A stretch of 64,000 nucleotides of DNA from Neovahlkampfia damariscottae. Lineage: Eukaryota. The translations under genes and the position numbers were made by a program. Location of the stretch: the NCBI GenBank assembly GCA_016618085.1, contig JABLTG010000012.1:62001-126000 (forward strand), given 5' to 3'. This document shows positions 27,620-37,614 of this stretch, in pieces. Numbering within the stretch: position 1 is the first letter of the stretch; each line of letters starts with the position of its first letter. A model generated the notes under the pieces. The model had not been told where the DNA came from, made no database searches, and saw only the letters and a list, made by a program, of their open reading frames with translations.

Positions 27620-27778
27620 TATGATTGGACAGTAAAAATGTCTCTTTATGGCTTTTCACATTTCTAAATTGGTTATCCTATTACACGATTGGACAAATTC
27701 TTCATCCAAAAAAAATGTCAACAAACATCAAAATCAAATCATTGGTTCCAATTATCCGATAACCAATTTCAACCAACA

Positions 27779-28891
27779 ATGAAAAGAATTGATTCAATTA
27801 TCAACCCTCTTGAAAATTATTTGATCTCCAAAACAACAACCAGAAAAGTAGAAAAAGTAATTTCTGGAACGGTTGCAAGACTTTATTTTGCTTCTTCAAA
27901 AAGAATTTGGGAAAATAAAAAAGCTGGTTATTTACTGATAATCAAATCCAAAATTCATTCAAACAACTTTAAACTCCGTTTAATTTCATTTGAAGAGTAT
28001 AAAATCATTTATGAATCTGATATATTGCCAAATTCAAAACTTGAAAAATTATCAACCAATTTTTATTCTTTGGCTTGTCGTGTACATATATTTTTTCTAA
28101 ATTTTTCAAAAGGATTTTCTGATGGGTATTTGTTTTGCTGAAGAAACAAATTTCGAATCATTTATTCAAATTTTGGAAAGCAAAACATCCACTACATTAT
28201 TCAAAATCAAAAATTTTCAAGAAACTATTTCAAAGAATTTTCTGTCTCCAAGAAGAAAAGAACCAGAAACTCCAAAATTTCAATCACCAAAAAAGTTGAA
28301 TATTTCAAATCCAAAAAATGTTAAACATACTTTTCATATTGGTAGTGATTCAAATCATAACTTTATGGTATTAATTTTCCTTTTTTTTAAAGAAATTATT
28401 TTTCTTGTAGATTGACGAAATTCCAGATGATTGGAAGAAATTTTTTGAAAAAGTTGGGATAAATGAAAATGAATTAAAAGCACCAGAAACAGCAAATGTT
28501 GTTTTATCTTCAATGGAGATTATTAAAAGACAACATACAGTGAAAAATTCCATCCCTCAAGCTCCAATTGCAAAGACAGATTTATTTAAAATGAGTGACC
28601 CAACACCAAATTCTGATAATTATGATTTCACAACGTCAATCCGAAATGTAAGTTTAGAAGATTTAAAAAAAGTTAAACCAAAAGAAAAATCATCTTCATT
28701 CGTAAGGCTTTTTTGAAATATTAAAATATGAAGGTAAATATCAATGATTTGTCTAGTGATGAAAAGAATGGTGAGATATTTTTCTTAATTAAAAATTAGA
28801 TTTACAAGTGATGATTTTCAGTTCTTTGGATCAAATTAGACAACAAATTCATTCTGAAAGTGACTCAAGTGATTCAGATTGGGATAATTAG
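27779..28891 (+). CDS. WAS: WASP-like protein (WH1-CRIB-WH2-acidic)
   Basis: TVARLY..W (WH1); ISNPKNVKHTFHIG (CRIB); LKKV (WH2); ends SDSSDSDWDN. Confidence 0.85.
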
Positions 28892-29058
28892 TGTATTTAA
28901 ATATACTTTTATTAAATCGGTTTTTTATTTGTTTCGAAATGAATCTCTCATTTAGGAAAGAATCCTATTTACTTAATTTGGTAACTAAAACATCATGTGT
29001 TTTTTTTTTTCATTCCAAAAAAAGAAAAAAATAAGGATTCATTCAAACAACAAAAATT

Positions 29059-30402
29059 TTATTCAAATATGAACTTTATATCGCAATTCTTTGTGTTTGA
29101 TGAATCAAATTTTTTCTTCAAAGTAACTTTACATCCAATCGTGTCCAATGGTTGATTCATATCTATCAAATAATTTGTAATCGTTTCGTTCATTAAAATT
29201 TTTGTAGTATATCCATCTTTTACGAGTATTGGAGTTTCAAACATTTCCTTCATCTCAATACGAAAATTTAAAATTTCAAATTTGAAATCAAAACAACCAG
29301 AAAGAATAGAAATCAAAAATTCTTTCTTAGATTCTTCCTTATAAAGAGGTAAATAATATTCATCAATTTCTTTTAATTTCATTAATGTCTTTAGTGAGTT
29401 TAAAAAATTTGAAAAATTTTGATTAAGTTTTTCATTCACTTCAATGAATGAATTTGAGAAGCATCTCACACCATTGAATTTCACTTCGGGTGATATATTT
29501 CTGAATTTTACAGATTCATTTGAATTCTTCATATTCTGAAGAAAATTATTTGAAGAAAATTGAAAATCTTCATCGTCATCTGATGGAAGCTCAAATTTTC
29601 CATTGAAATTAAATTCATATTGTAAAACTTCAGGTGATGATTCTTGACTGAAATTACCAATATTTGGTGAATAAAGAATTGGTGAATTAATGATTGTTGG
29701 AATATTATCAAATTGTCTTGTCATTTCTTTTTTTAAATTTGATTTTTGTTTGTATTCATTAAATATATCTTCATTTAAATATAAAATTGACTTCATAATT
29801 TTTTCATGATGATTTTTCATTTTCACAAAAAATGTTTCAAAAGAAGTAACAAATGGCAAAATTTTGTTTTGAAAAATACTCTCTTGAATTAAAATTGGCA
29901 AGTAATTTTGATAATCTATAAATAACATTTGTTGGACTTGTTTTTCTTTTGAATTTAATGAATTCCAAGACTTTGTTTTGGCTCTATTTTCAAATATTTC
30001 ATAAAAATCATGTGCCTCTTGGATGATTGAATTGAATTGAAAGTTTTGTATCCTATAATGTTTTTGAATCCAATTTTTTGTTTTCAATATTTCCTCAACA
30101 TTTACTTGATTTGTTCTTCCACATTTTTCACAAGACAGTTTTCTTCTTGAAATTAAGTAACTTTCATAACAAGAACAACCAAATTTTTCAATATATGAAG
30201 GTATTAAAATATCATAATCTTTCATTTTTTGAGACTTGGATTTCATTTCTAATTGTACTTTTTCTTTGACTGTCACATGTTTATATTTTTCATATATCAG
30301 TTTTACTTCTTTGATTTCTGAGATATTTTCATAGTAGTATACAAGAAGAGGTGTTAAAAAATTGTTAACTTTGCTGATGTCCACTTCTGATATTTTGGTC
30401 AT
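29059..30402 (-). CDS. Intronless protein with HMG-box-like N-terminus; paralog of 32403-34436
   Basis: Shared blocks YEKYKHVTVKEK/YGEYEKLSLKEK, IPSY/IPKY, TKNWIQK/TRKWIKK, IFQNKI/IFQKKV; ends CDIKFIFE. Confidence 0.7.
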   Translation of the reverse strand: MTKISEVDISKVNNFLTPLLVYYYENISEIKEVKLIYEKYKHVTVKEKVQLEMKSKSQKMKDYDILIPSYIEKFGCSCYESYLISRRKLSCEKCGRTNQVNVEEILKTKNWIQKHYRIQNFQFNSIIQEAHDFYEIFENRAKTKSWNSLNSKEKQVQQMLFIDYQNYLPILIQESIFQNKILPFVTSFETFFVKMKNHHEKIMKSILYLNEDIFNEYKQKSNLKKEMTRQFDNIPTIINSPILYSPNIGNFSQESSPEVLQYEFNFNGKFELPSDDDEDFQFSSNNFLQNMKNSNESVKFRNISPEVKFNGVRCFSNSFIEVNEKLNQNFSNFLNSLKTLMKLKEIDEYYLPLYKEESKKEFLISILSGCFDFKFEILNFRIEMKEMFETPILVKDGYTTKILMNETITNYLIDMNQPLDTIGCKVTLKKKFDSSNTKNCDIKFIFE

Positions 30403-30579
30403 CTTGTTTGCTTTCGAATTCAAAATGCAAGTGGTTTGATTGGTGAAAGAAAATGTGAAGAGTTATGAGCATTCAAAAAAAAAAAAAAAGACTTTTCATT
30501 GTATAAAATAGTCAAATTCTATCCAAAAATTATTGTCAGTGATCAATGTAGTGCTATCAGACCGAAAAAACAGATAATT

Positions 30580-32295
30580 CTATTTGAATGAAAAGTTCAA
30601 GTCAAAATGGAAGGATTTTTTTTTCAACATAAGGAGAGAGATTTCCCTTTTTTTCAATACAATCTCTATATCATAAATAAATTGAGAAATATGAAATCCA
30701 TCAATAGATTCTTTCTTTATATATTCAAGGAACAAAATTGAGTCATATTCAGTTGAGATTTTTTCATCTTTTGAAATATTTTGAATGGCAACATCATCTA
30801 AAGACCTACAAGAAAAATGTCCAGTTTTCCAATAGTCCAAGATCACTTCAATTTCAAAACGATATTTTTCTATGTGATCATCATCCAAATGTTGAGCAAG
30901 AAATTGGTTAAAGATTGAATCTTCCTTGGGATTAAAATAACCAGCATATGTTTTTGGAAATTTAAATTTTGAAAATTCTTGAAATGCCTTAATTGCTGGT
31001 CTTGAGAGACAATTTCCATTATACTCAAAATTCTTCAGTTTTGTTAGATAAAAGATACACTTTGGTATCACTCTATGACGATTGAATGAAAAGCTGAGAT
31101 ATTCTAAATCCCAAAAATTTTCAATTTCCCTTGGAATCCTTTTTAAGTTGTTTTTAGAAAAATCCAAATATTTCAATTTCGTTGCACAAAAAAAAAGATC
31201 TGGAATTTCTTCTATATAATTTTCTTTAACATTTAAAACTTCCAATTTCTCAAAATGAATATTATCCAATGATCTTAGATGACAATTTTCGATTTCCAAA
31301 ATTTGAAGGTATTTTAATTCTTTTATTTCGGGAGGGAATTGGGTTATTCTGTTCATGCTCAACCTTAAATATCTTAATTTCTTCAATTTACCAATGTCAT
31401 TGGGTAACCAATCATGATATGTGAATTTATTTTTCTTCAAATTTAATTCTTGCAGATTAGTAAATTCAAATATTGATTTTGGTATAATTTTAAGATGATT
31501 GTTCTCTAAAGATAATACTTTTAAGGATTTAAATAGATGAAAATAAGTTGTTAACTCTTCAAATATACATGAATTTAATTTTAGTTTTTCCAGTTTTGTC
31601 AAATTCATGATTTCTTTTGGTAAAATGTTGATTGAATTGAAACTGACATCTAATTCTGTTAAATTTTTTAACAAAAAAATCTGTTCAGGAAATTCATAAA
31701 AATCATTCTGAGATATGTTTAAAACTTCTAAATTTTCTAAATTCTCAATCTCCATTGATATTTTCATCAAACAAGTTTTACTCAGATTCAAAGATTTTAA
31801 CTGTTTCATTTGAAAGAATATCCGAGGAATATTACCTGAATATGGATTACCAGAAACATTTAAATCAGTCAAATTCTCCATTTGAATGATTTCTTTTGAA
31901 AAAATCGTCTTCAAATTTGAAGAAAAAGTGAACGATTTCAGTTTTGTCAATTTCTTGATTTTTTTCGGAATTTCAACACAATCACATACCAGTAGCTCTA
32001 ATTTCCTCAAGTTATTCATGCAAAAAATATTGTCATCAATTTTTTCACTTTGAAAATCCAATGATAGATTTGTTAAATTTTTTAGTTCAGTTAGTTCATT
32101 GGGAATACTATGAAATCTTCCAGATAATTTTAAAGTCTCTAGTTTTTTTAAATATTTAATATCAGGTGGGATCTTTTCCAAATAGTTTCCTTCCAAATTT
32201 AAGTTTTTTAATTGTTCAAGTTCAAAAAGTTCATTAGGTATTTCAGTTATAAACGAATAGCTACTTCCCAAAAATTCCAAGGTTTCTTCACTCAT
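30580..32295 (-). CDS. Leucine-rich-repeat protein (intronless)
   Basis: Many LxxLxLxxNxlxxlP repeats; ends FDLNFSFK. Confidence 0.95.
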   Translation of the reverse strand: MSEETLEFLGSSYSFITEIPNELFELEQLKNLNLEGNYLEKIPPDIKYLKKLETLKLSGRFHSIPNELTELKNLTNLSLDFQSEKIDDNIFCMNNLRKLELLVCDCVEIPKKIKKLTKLKSFTFSSNLKTIFSKEIIQMENLTDLNVSGNPYSGNIPRIFFQMKQLKSLNLSKTCLMKISMEIENLENLEVLNISQNDFYEFPEQIFLLKNLTELDVSFNSINILPKEIMNLTKLEKLKLNSCIFEELTTYFHLFKSLKVLSLENNHLKIIPKSIFEFTNLQELNLKKNKFTYHDWLPNDIGKLKKLRYLRLSMNRITQFPPEIKELKYLQILEIENCHLRSLDNIHFEKLEVLNVKENYIEEIPDLFFCATKLKYLDFSKNNLKRIPREIENFWDLEYLSFSFNRHRVIPKCIFYLTKLKNFEYNGNCLSRPAIKAFQEFSKFKFPKTYAGYFNPKEDSIFNQFLAQHLDDDHIEKYRFEIEVILDYWKTGHFSCRSLDDVAIQNISKDEKISTEYDSILFLEYIKKESIDGFHISQFIYDIEIVLKKREISLLMLKKKSFHFDLNFSFK

Positions 32296-32402
32296 TATTT
32301 AATGATGTTTATTATTACCTGTATTTGTTGATTTACACGCGTCAATTTTCTTTTTCATTTTGAATAAACTAACTTGTGATCTGATTGGATAATGAAATCG
32401 AT

Positions 32403-34436
32403 TTATTGAAAGCAGAACTTAACATCAAATTGTTTTTGATGCAATTGATGTTTAATTTTCATTTTTATTTTGAATTTAAAAAGTTGATTTCCAACCAAAG
32501 TCTTATTCAATTTTTTAGTATTCATAAAACAATCAGTATTTGATTTCCTGTCAAAATGACTACTTTTTACCTCAAATTGTTCAATATCGACACTCCAATT
32601 ATCCATAAGAGTCTTAAAAATCCATGAATCATCAAAACTTAAATTTCTTCCATCAAAATCAAAATTATTCAGAGCAATTGAGTATTCATTCAATCCCTTC
32701 AAATTCATGAAATTAATAAGATCACCTGAGAAAGAAATAGGTTCATCAAAGTCAAAATTTTCATTATTCAATGTAGGATTTAACAGTTTATAAATTAAAA
32801 TCATTTGGTGACCTGATTCTATTGGATCAATTTTGATTCGACAATTATTATGAAATGCTATCCAATTCATATGCAATGAATCACCTTCTCTCATTGAAAA
32901 ATCAAAATTTGATAATTCTTTATCATCTCGTTTCAAATGCATTTCACCACCTAAATAAAATGAAGGAAGTTGAATAAACAATGAACCAATTTGATTGGTT
33001 GATGTATTATAACCATAATTGAATTCTTGACATGGTGGAATAATCACCAACTTTGAAAATTGAAGTGAAGTATATTGAAGATCTGTTGTTGGATTCAAAA
33101 AGCTCAAGATTGTTTTTAACAACTTTGAATTCAAATCAAAAGCTTTTGAAGTGATATCCACTTCATTTCTATCAAATTGATTATTCAAAAATCTTTCACA
33201 TTGATATTTATCAATTGGATACAATAATCTTTCAGAATTTTTGACCAAAATATTTGGTAATTCTGATAGTTTACCTAAACAATAATTAACTCGAAGAATT
33301 TTTTTTTTTTTAGGGTGATGAAATTTTTGAATCACTCTCTGAGGTTCATTTTTGGTTATTTCTTCTGCAAGAGCTGATTTGAGGGTTTCCTTCAAACAAA
33401 CTTCATTATAATTTTGTTTAAATGAAATAACTTTTGATTTTGGTGTTGTTTTTTTTGATTTTGAAGATAATCTTGGAGGAGTTCTTTGATTATTAGATGA
33501 AAAGTTTGGTGTTTTCATTTCGGAAGATTCATTGAAATTGAATTGACCAAATGAACTATTAACTTCATCATTGTTTTTAAAAACATCTGTATTTGTATTT
33601 TCGATTCCTAAATTGAAATTAAATTTCAAATCACTTTGTTTGTTTGAATTTTCCAAGTTATCAGTTGAGTTCACTTTATCAGTTGACTGTTTAGTTTCCT
33701 TATCATCAGGTTTTTTATTTTGTAGTGAAATATCCACAAATTTTTTAATTAAAGGATTAAATACATCAGATAATTGTTCTTCTTCTGTTTCATGATTCCA
33801 GTCATTCAACACTACCATTGAATCTTCTTCAAGTTTCTTGAATGAATAAATTTTTTTTTCAATGATTTTTTCAAAACCTTTAATGAATCTCACTTCCAAT
33901 TCTCCAATCGCTTTGTCTAACTTGTTTACTTTTTTTTGAAATATAATTTCTCTTTGTAACATTGATTTTTTTTGTTCATAAAGTTTGAAGTTCTCTTTGA
34001 ATAGAATTTTCATACCTTCAGAAAGTTCTTTCCATTCAACACTTTGTGATTCACAATAAGATTCAATATCGGTAATGGAAAGATCCATACTTTCGTTGTA
34101 GAATCTTAAATTCTTTTTTATCCATTTTCTAGTGGACAACAAGTCATTTATGCAGTTGTTGATTGATCCTGAAGAACTGGTGAAAATTTCATCTTCAAAA
34201 GTAAAAGTATTTTTATTTTGACGAAAATCTTCCATATACTTTGGTATTTCCAGTCCTAATTCAGTTTCTTGAGTGGTTTCTGCTTCTTTGTCTAAATCTT
34301 GTTTTTCTTTGAGAGAAAGTTTTTCATATTCACCATATAAATGTGTAATTCTTTCAAATTTATTTATGTTTCTTGCGTAGAATATTGTCAAACCATCAAC
34401 TGGTGAACTGATGGTTTGAGAAATGTTTTCTTCCAT
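32403..34436 (-). CDS. HMG-box-like N-terminus + degenerate 2OG-Fe(II) oxygenase-like domain (intronless)
   Basis: GSLFIQLPSFYLGGEM..WIAFHNNCRIKIDPIESGHQMILIYKL follows the 2OG-FeII_Oxy_3-like pattern; ends FDVKFCFQ. Confidence 0.7.
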   Translation of the reverse strand: MEENISQTISSPVDGLTIFYARNINKFERITHLYGEYEKLSLKEKQDLDKEAETTQETELGLEIPKYMEDFRQNKNTFTFEDEIFTSSSGSINNCINDLLSTRKWIKKNLRFYNESMDLSITDIESYCESQSVEWKELSEGMKILFKENFKLYEQKKSMLQREIIFQKKVNKLDKAIGELEVRFIKGFEKIIEKKIYSFKKLEEDSMVVLNDWNHETEEEQLSDVFNPLIKKFVDISLQNKKPDDKETKQSTDKVNSTDNLENSNKQSDLKFNFNLGIENTNTDVFKNNDEVNSSFGQFNFNESSEMKTPNFSSNNQRTPPRLSSKSKKTTPKSKVISFKQNYNEVCLKETLKSALAEEITKNEPQRVIQKFHHPKKKKILRVNYCLGKLSELPNILVKNSERLLYPIDKYQCERFLNNQFDRNEVDITSKAFDLNSKLLKTILSFLNPTTDLQYTSLQFSKLVIIPPCQEFNYGYNTSTNQIGSLFIQLPSFYLGGEMHLKRDDKELSNFDFSMREGDSLHMNWIAFHNNCRIKIDPIESGHQMILIYKLLNPTLNNENFDFDEPISFSGDLINFMNLKGLNEYSIALNNFDFDGRNLSFDDSWIFKTLMDNWSVDIEQFEVKSSHFDRKSNTDCFMNTKKLNKTLVGNQLFKFKIKMKIKHQLHQKQFDVKFCFQ

Positions 34437-34482
34437 AAAATCTGTTTGATTGGTTGGTCACAAACTTTCCCTATTAAAAGAA

Positions 34483-34595
34483 ATCTGCACCTTGGTGCAG
34501 ATGGTTTTTTATTCATTTAGACTGAATTTAGTGTCTGTTTTGAGGTGCATCAGTTCGGCTGGCCTATTGACTGGCTTCCTTCATACTCACATGAA
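34483..34595. other. GC-richer structured non-coding segment (candidate ncRNA or element end)
   Basis: Inverted repeat ATCTGCACC-TT-GGTGCAGAT (34483-34502) and a long imperfect hairpin TGAGG..CAGTT..GACTG..CCTTCA. Confidence 0.3.
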
Positions 34596-34769
34596 TTTTT
34601 CTCAAATAAGAAATAAAAATTAGAGAATTTCTCTTCCAAAAAGAAATGAAAACAAACCAAACCAAAATATGTTTAACTATATTAAAAAACAAACTATTAT
34701 CAATTTTTCGACGTCCAATGAATTGATGGTTATTGTGATAAAAGTGGCCAATTAGATTTAATTTTGCCA

Positions 34770-35629
34770 GTTATTTTTACTTGAAGTTGTTCAAGTTGAA
34801 CAAAAAAGACCTTTTGTTCAACTAGAAAATACTGAAAAAGATCTCAAGTATTTAAAATGTCCAAATTGGATTCATTTTGGAAAGAAAAAAATGTTACTTC
34901 AACATCAACAACAGAAGTGATAAAAAAGAGAAAACTTGAAGAAACAAAAAGTTCAACAAAAGAAACAGGAAATATGAAATCAACATATAAACAAGGAAAA
35001 GATTCGTATCCTTTTTGGTGGACTAAAGAAAAAGAAGACATTGCTACAAGTGAAAAGTATACCTCCAAGTTCTTCTTCTTCAGTTGACAAGAATATTTGT
35101 TGGACAAAAAAGTTGGTAGAACAATCTTCATTAACAGAAGGTGTTTTATTTTCATCAAAAGATGTTCCAAAAGAAAACAAACAAATTCACATAAAACTGG
35201 TTTATCAAAAAAACAACTTGATACAGATGAAATTATTCGATCAAGAAAAATTCATAGTACAACAGTGAGAAAAATGCTTCATTGGTCTCATTTTCAATTT
35301 CGTCAAACACTAAAACATCTTGCTCAAAAAGATTCTGTTCAAGTACATGAAGTTTCAGAACATTATACCAGTTGTACATGTGGATCATGTGGAAAAATAG
35401 ATTGGAAACTTGGAAAAAAAGATTATTTCAATTGTAAATATTGTAATTTTTCTCTTCCAAGAGATTATAATGGAGCAAGAAATATATTTCTGATGAATAT
35501 ACAAAATTTTATTGGAAATCCAAAAACTGCCAGTACTGCTGGCGACGGTCCTATCCCGAAAGAAATCTTGATTTTGATGTCTGGTCTGATTAATCAGAAT
35601 GAACGGAAAAGTCAGTTTTAAGATCGCGG
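34770..35629 (+). mobile_element. Defective Fanzor2 (IS607/TnpB-derived) element; ends approximate
   Basis: Fanzor ORF relic, upstream 12-bp inverted repeat (34794-34823), structured 3' end finishing ..GATCGCGG. Confidence 0.7.
34857..35621 (+). pseudogene. Fanzor2 / eukaryotic TnpB nuclease, internally deleted, with in-frame TGA at 35085-35087
   Basis: KMLHWSHFQFRQTL..VSEHYTSCTCGSCG..FNCKYC..RDYNGARNI (RuvC-II Glu, zinc ribbon, RuvC-III Asp); N-terminal KKRK and PFW; no RuvC-I DPG. Confidence 0.9.
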
Positions 35630-35650
35630 TTACTTATAGCCGTTCAGCAT
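35525..35650 (+). ncRNA. Putative Fanzor omegaRNA (scaffold to ~35629 plus flanking guide)
   Basis: Overlaps the ORF 3' end. Hairpin GCCAG-TACTG-CTGGC, GGTCCTATCCC motif, long stem TCTTGA..TTAAGA around palindrome TCTGATTAATCAGA; CGGTC can pair with GATCG at the end. Confidence 0.6.
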
Positions 35651-36242
35651 ACTTGAGCTACACTTTGGGAAGTGGACCAATCACGGATGATTCACGGGTA
35701 ATAATGGGCCAATGAGGTTTTACGAGATTCTCAATAAATAGTTCAAAGTTTATCAGTTGTTTGTCTGAAAACTTTGTTATGTAAAGTAATAAAAACATTT
35801 GTCAAATTAGTATCTTTTGTCACTATTTATTTACTCATTGGAAACAACACTTTTTAGAATTCATATTGATAACCTTATCTCATAAATATTTCCTATATCT
35901 TTCTATCGTGAAGATTTTTTCTTTTCTCCGTTGTTTATTTTCCATTCAATTTTCATTCTTTGTTAATTTTTTTTTGCAGTTATGGTGTAAAACTAAAAAT
36001 AAAGGACAGTTTGACCCGTTAAAAGCTTTGATTGTTTGTAAATTCATGGTAAATACCGATATTCAAAATTGGGTGAATTTTCATATCTCAGCCATTTTTC
36101 ATCAGTTTTTCAATATTTTGGACTTAAATCAGAGGTTTTAATTTCGATTTTCTTTAATGTCTTTCAGTTTTTGAAAAAAAATTAAATGAAAAAACGACCC
36201 AATGAAAATTGTTTTTCTTGACAAATCAAATTGTTTCTACTC

Positions 36243-37170
36243 ATGAGTGAAGTACAACCAAAATTATCAAGAGAAATGACTAACACTGAAAAAAGTAATA
36301 TGGATCAACTTCTTTCAAATAAATGGACTCCAGTAATCAACAGCTTCAGAATATTCAAAAGTTTTTGTACCTAGTTTTATAAGTTATGATTCTGAACCAG
36401 CATATGAAGTTACAGATAAAAATCTATTTTTCTCATTGTATTTTCTTGATTCACTTTGGAAAATTCATATAGATGCCATTAATGTTGTTTTTAAAGAAAG
36501 AAGAAATGGATCTTATAGATTTAAAACAGCAATAAAGTATATACAGACCAAGATGCTTTAGAAGATGAACAAGAAAATGCAAAAAAATCTCACAAAATTT
36601 TTTCTTATGCTTTTAAATTGAATTTAAAATATCTTTATGAATTCAAATCAAATGGAAATTTAAAGGAAATTGAATTAGATAGTATTTCAAGTGATCAAAG
36701 TGAGTATGAATTATCAGATCAAAATGATAATGAAAATGAACAATTTGAAAATGAAACAATTTCATCTTTAAAAAGATTTAGAGATGCAAAAGGACTTAAA
36801 TTTATAGAATTAGATATTGATGATAAAAATGAAATTAAAAAAAGAAAAGAAGAAATTAATTAAACAACTTTAGAATTAAGTTCACCTTATAATAGAAATG
36901 ATTTTGAAAAAGAAAATGTTAATACTTTAAAAAATATTTTAAAAAAAATGAAAGTAAGACAAGCTGGAAAAAAAACTGATCTTATTAATCAAATTATAAA
37001 AATATCTTTAAAATCTTTTGACGAAATATTAGAAACTTTCACACATTTATTATTTAAAAATGTTAAAACAACAAATTACAATGAAGCAATTTTTCATTTC
37101 ATATGAAGAAAAATTTAATAGTATACATATGACTAATAAAATTTGGTATATAAGAATATTATTTAGATGG
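36243..37170 (+). pseudogene. Decayed piggyBac-like transposase relic with a SAP motif
   Basis: Broken frames encode LFFSLYFLDSLWKIHIDAIN, SAP-like LKNILKKMKVRQAGKKTDLINQI and YEEKFNSIHMTNKIWY; stops and frameshifts present. Confidence 0.4.
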
Positions 37171-37614
37171 AATGATTTGTGAAGGTAGATTTGGTGACAA
37201 CTTATAAATATCATTTATCTCTTTTATGCTAGTGTTTGAAAAGCTGTAATTCATACTTTGATTTATTTTGTTACTCATGTTTGGATCTTGTGTAACTTTT
37301 GTTTGATTTTTAATACCTTCTGAAATTGATCCAACATCTTTTACTTCGAATTTGCTTTTTGCATAAACATCTTCATGAACTGTAATATCATTATCCAATG
37401 TGAAGTTTGGTGACTCTATTCTCAAAGATTTAAATCTAATGTCTTCTTTCACTTTTGGATTTTGTAAACTAGGTACTTTTAGTTTCTCTTCTCTTGTATT
37501 GTACTCTCTAAAATGTACTTTAATGATCATTGTTAACTGGATGTAGAATACCTTGTCTACTTTGTCTTGAAAATGTGTTTTCAAAATTTCTTGGAAATGA
37601 AAAAGCAGTTCCAA
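37159..37614 (-). other. Orphan open frame without a clear ATG start, possibly an element-derived fragment
   Basis: 151-codon open frame with protein-like composition; no family recognised. Confidence 0.3.

Noticed and set aside
34540..34590. Possible SECIS or hammerhead on the minus strand (ATGA..AA..TGAT; CTGATG)
   Set aside because: Helix II does not pair, the hammerhead core is incomplete, and it is not in a 3' UTR
35708..35726. GCCAATGAGGTTTTACGAG resembles the U4 snRNA 5' stem-loop
   Set aside because: No U6-pairing 5' segment or Sm site; explained by a CCAAT box
35830..36160. Minus-strand coding-like remnant
   Set aside because: Multiple stops and no recognisable family
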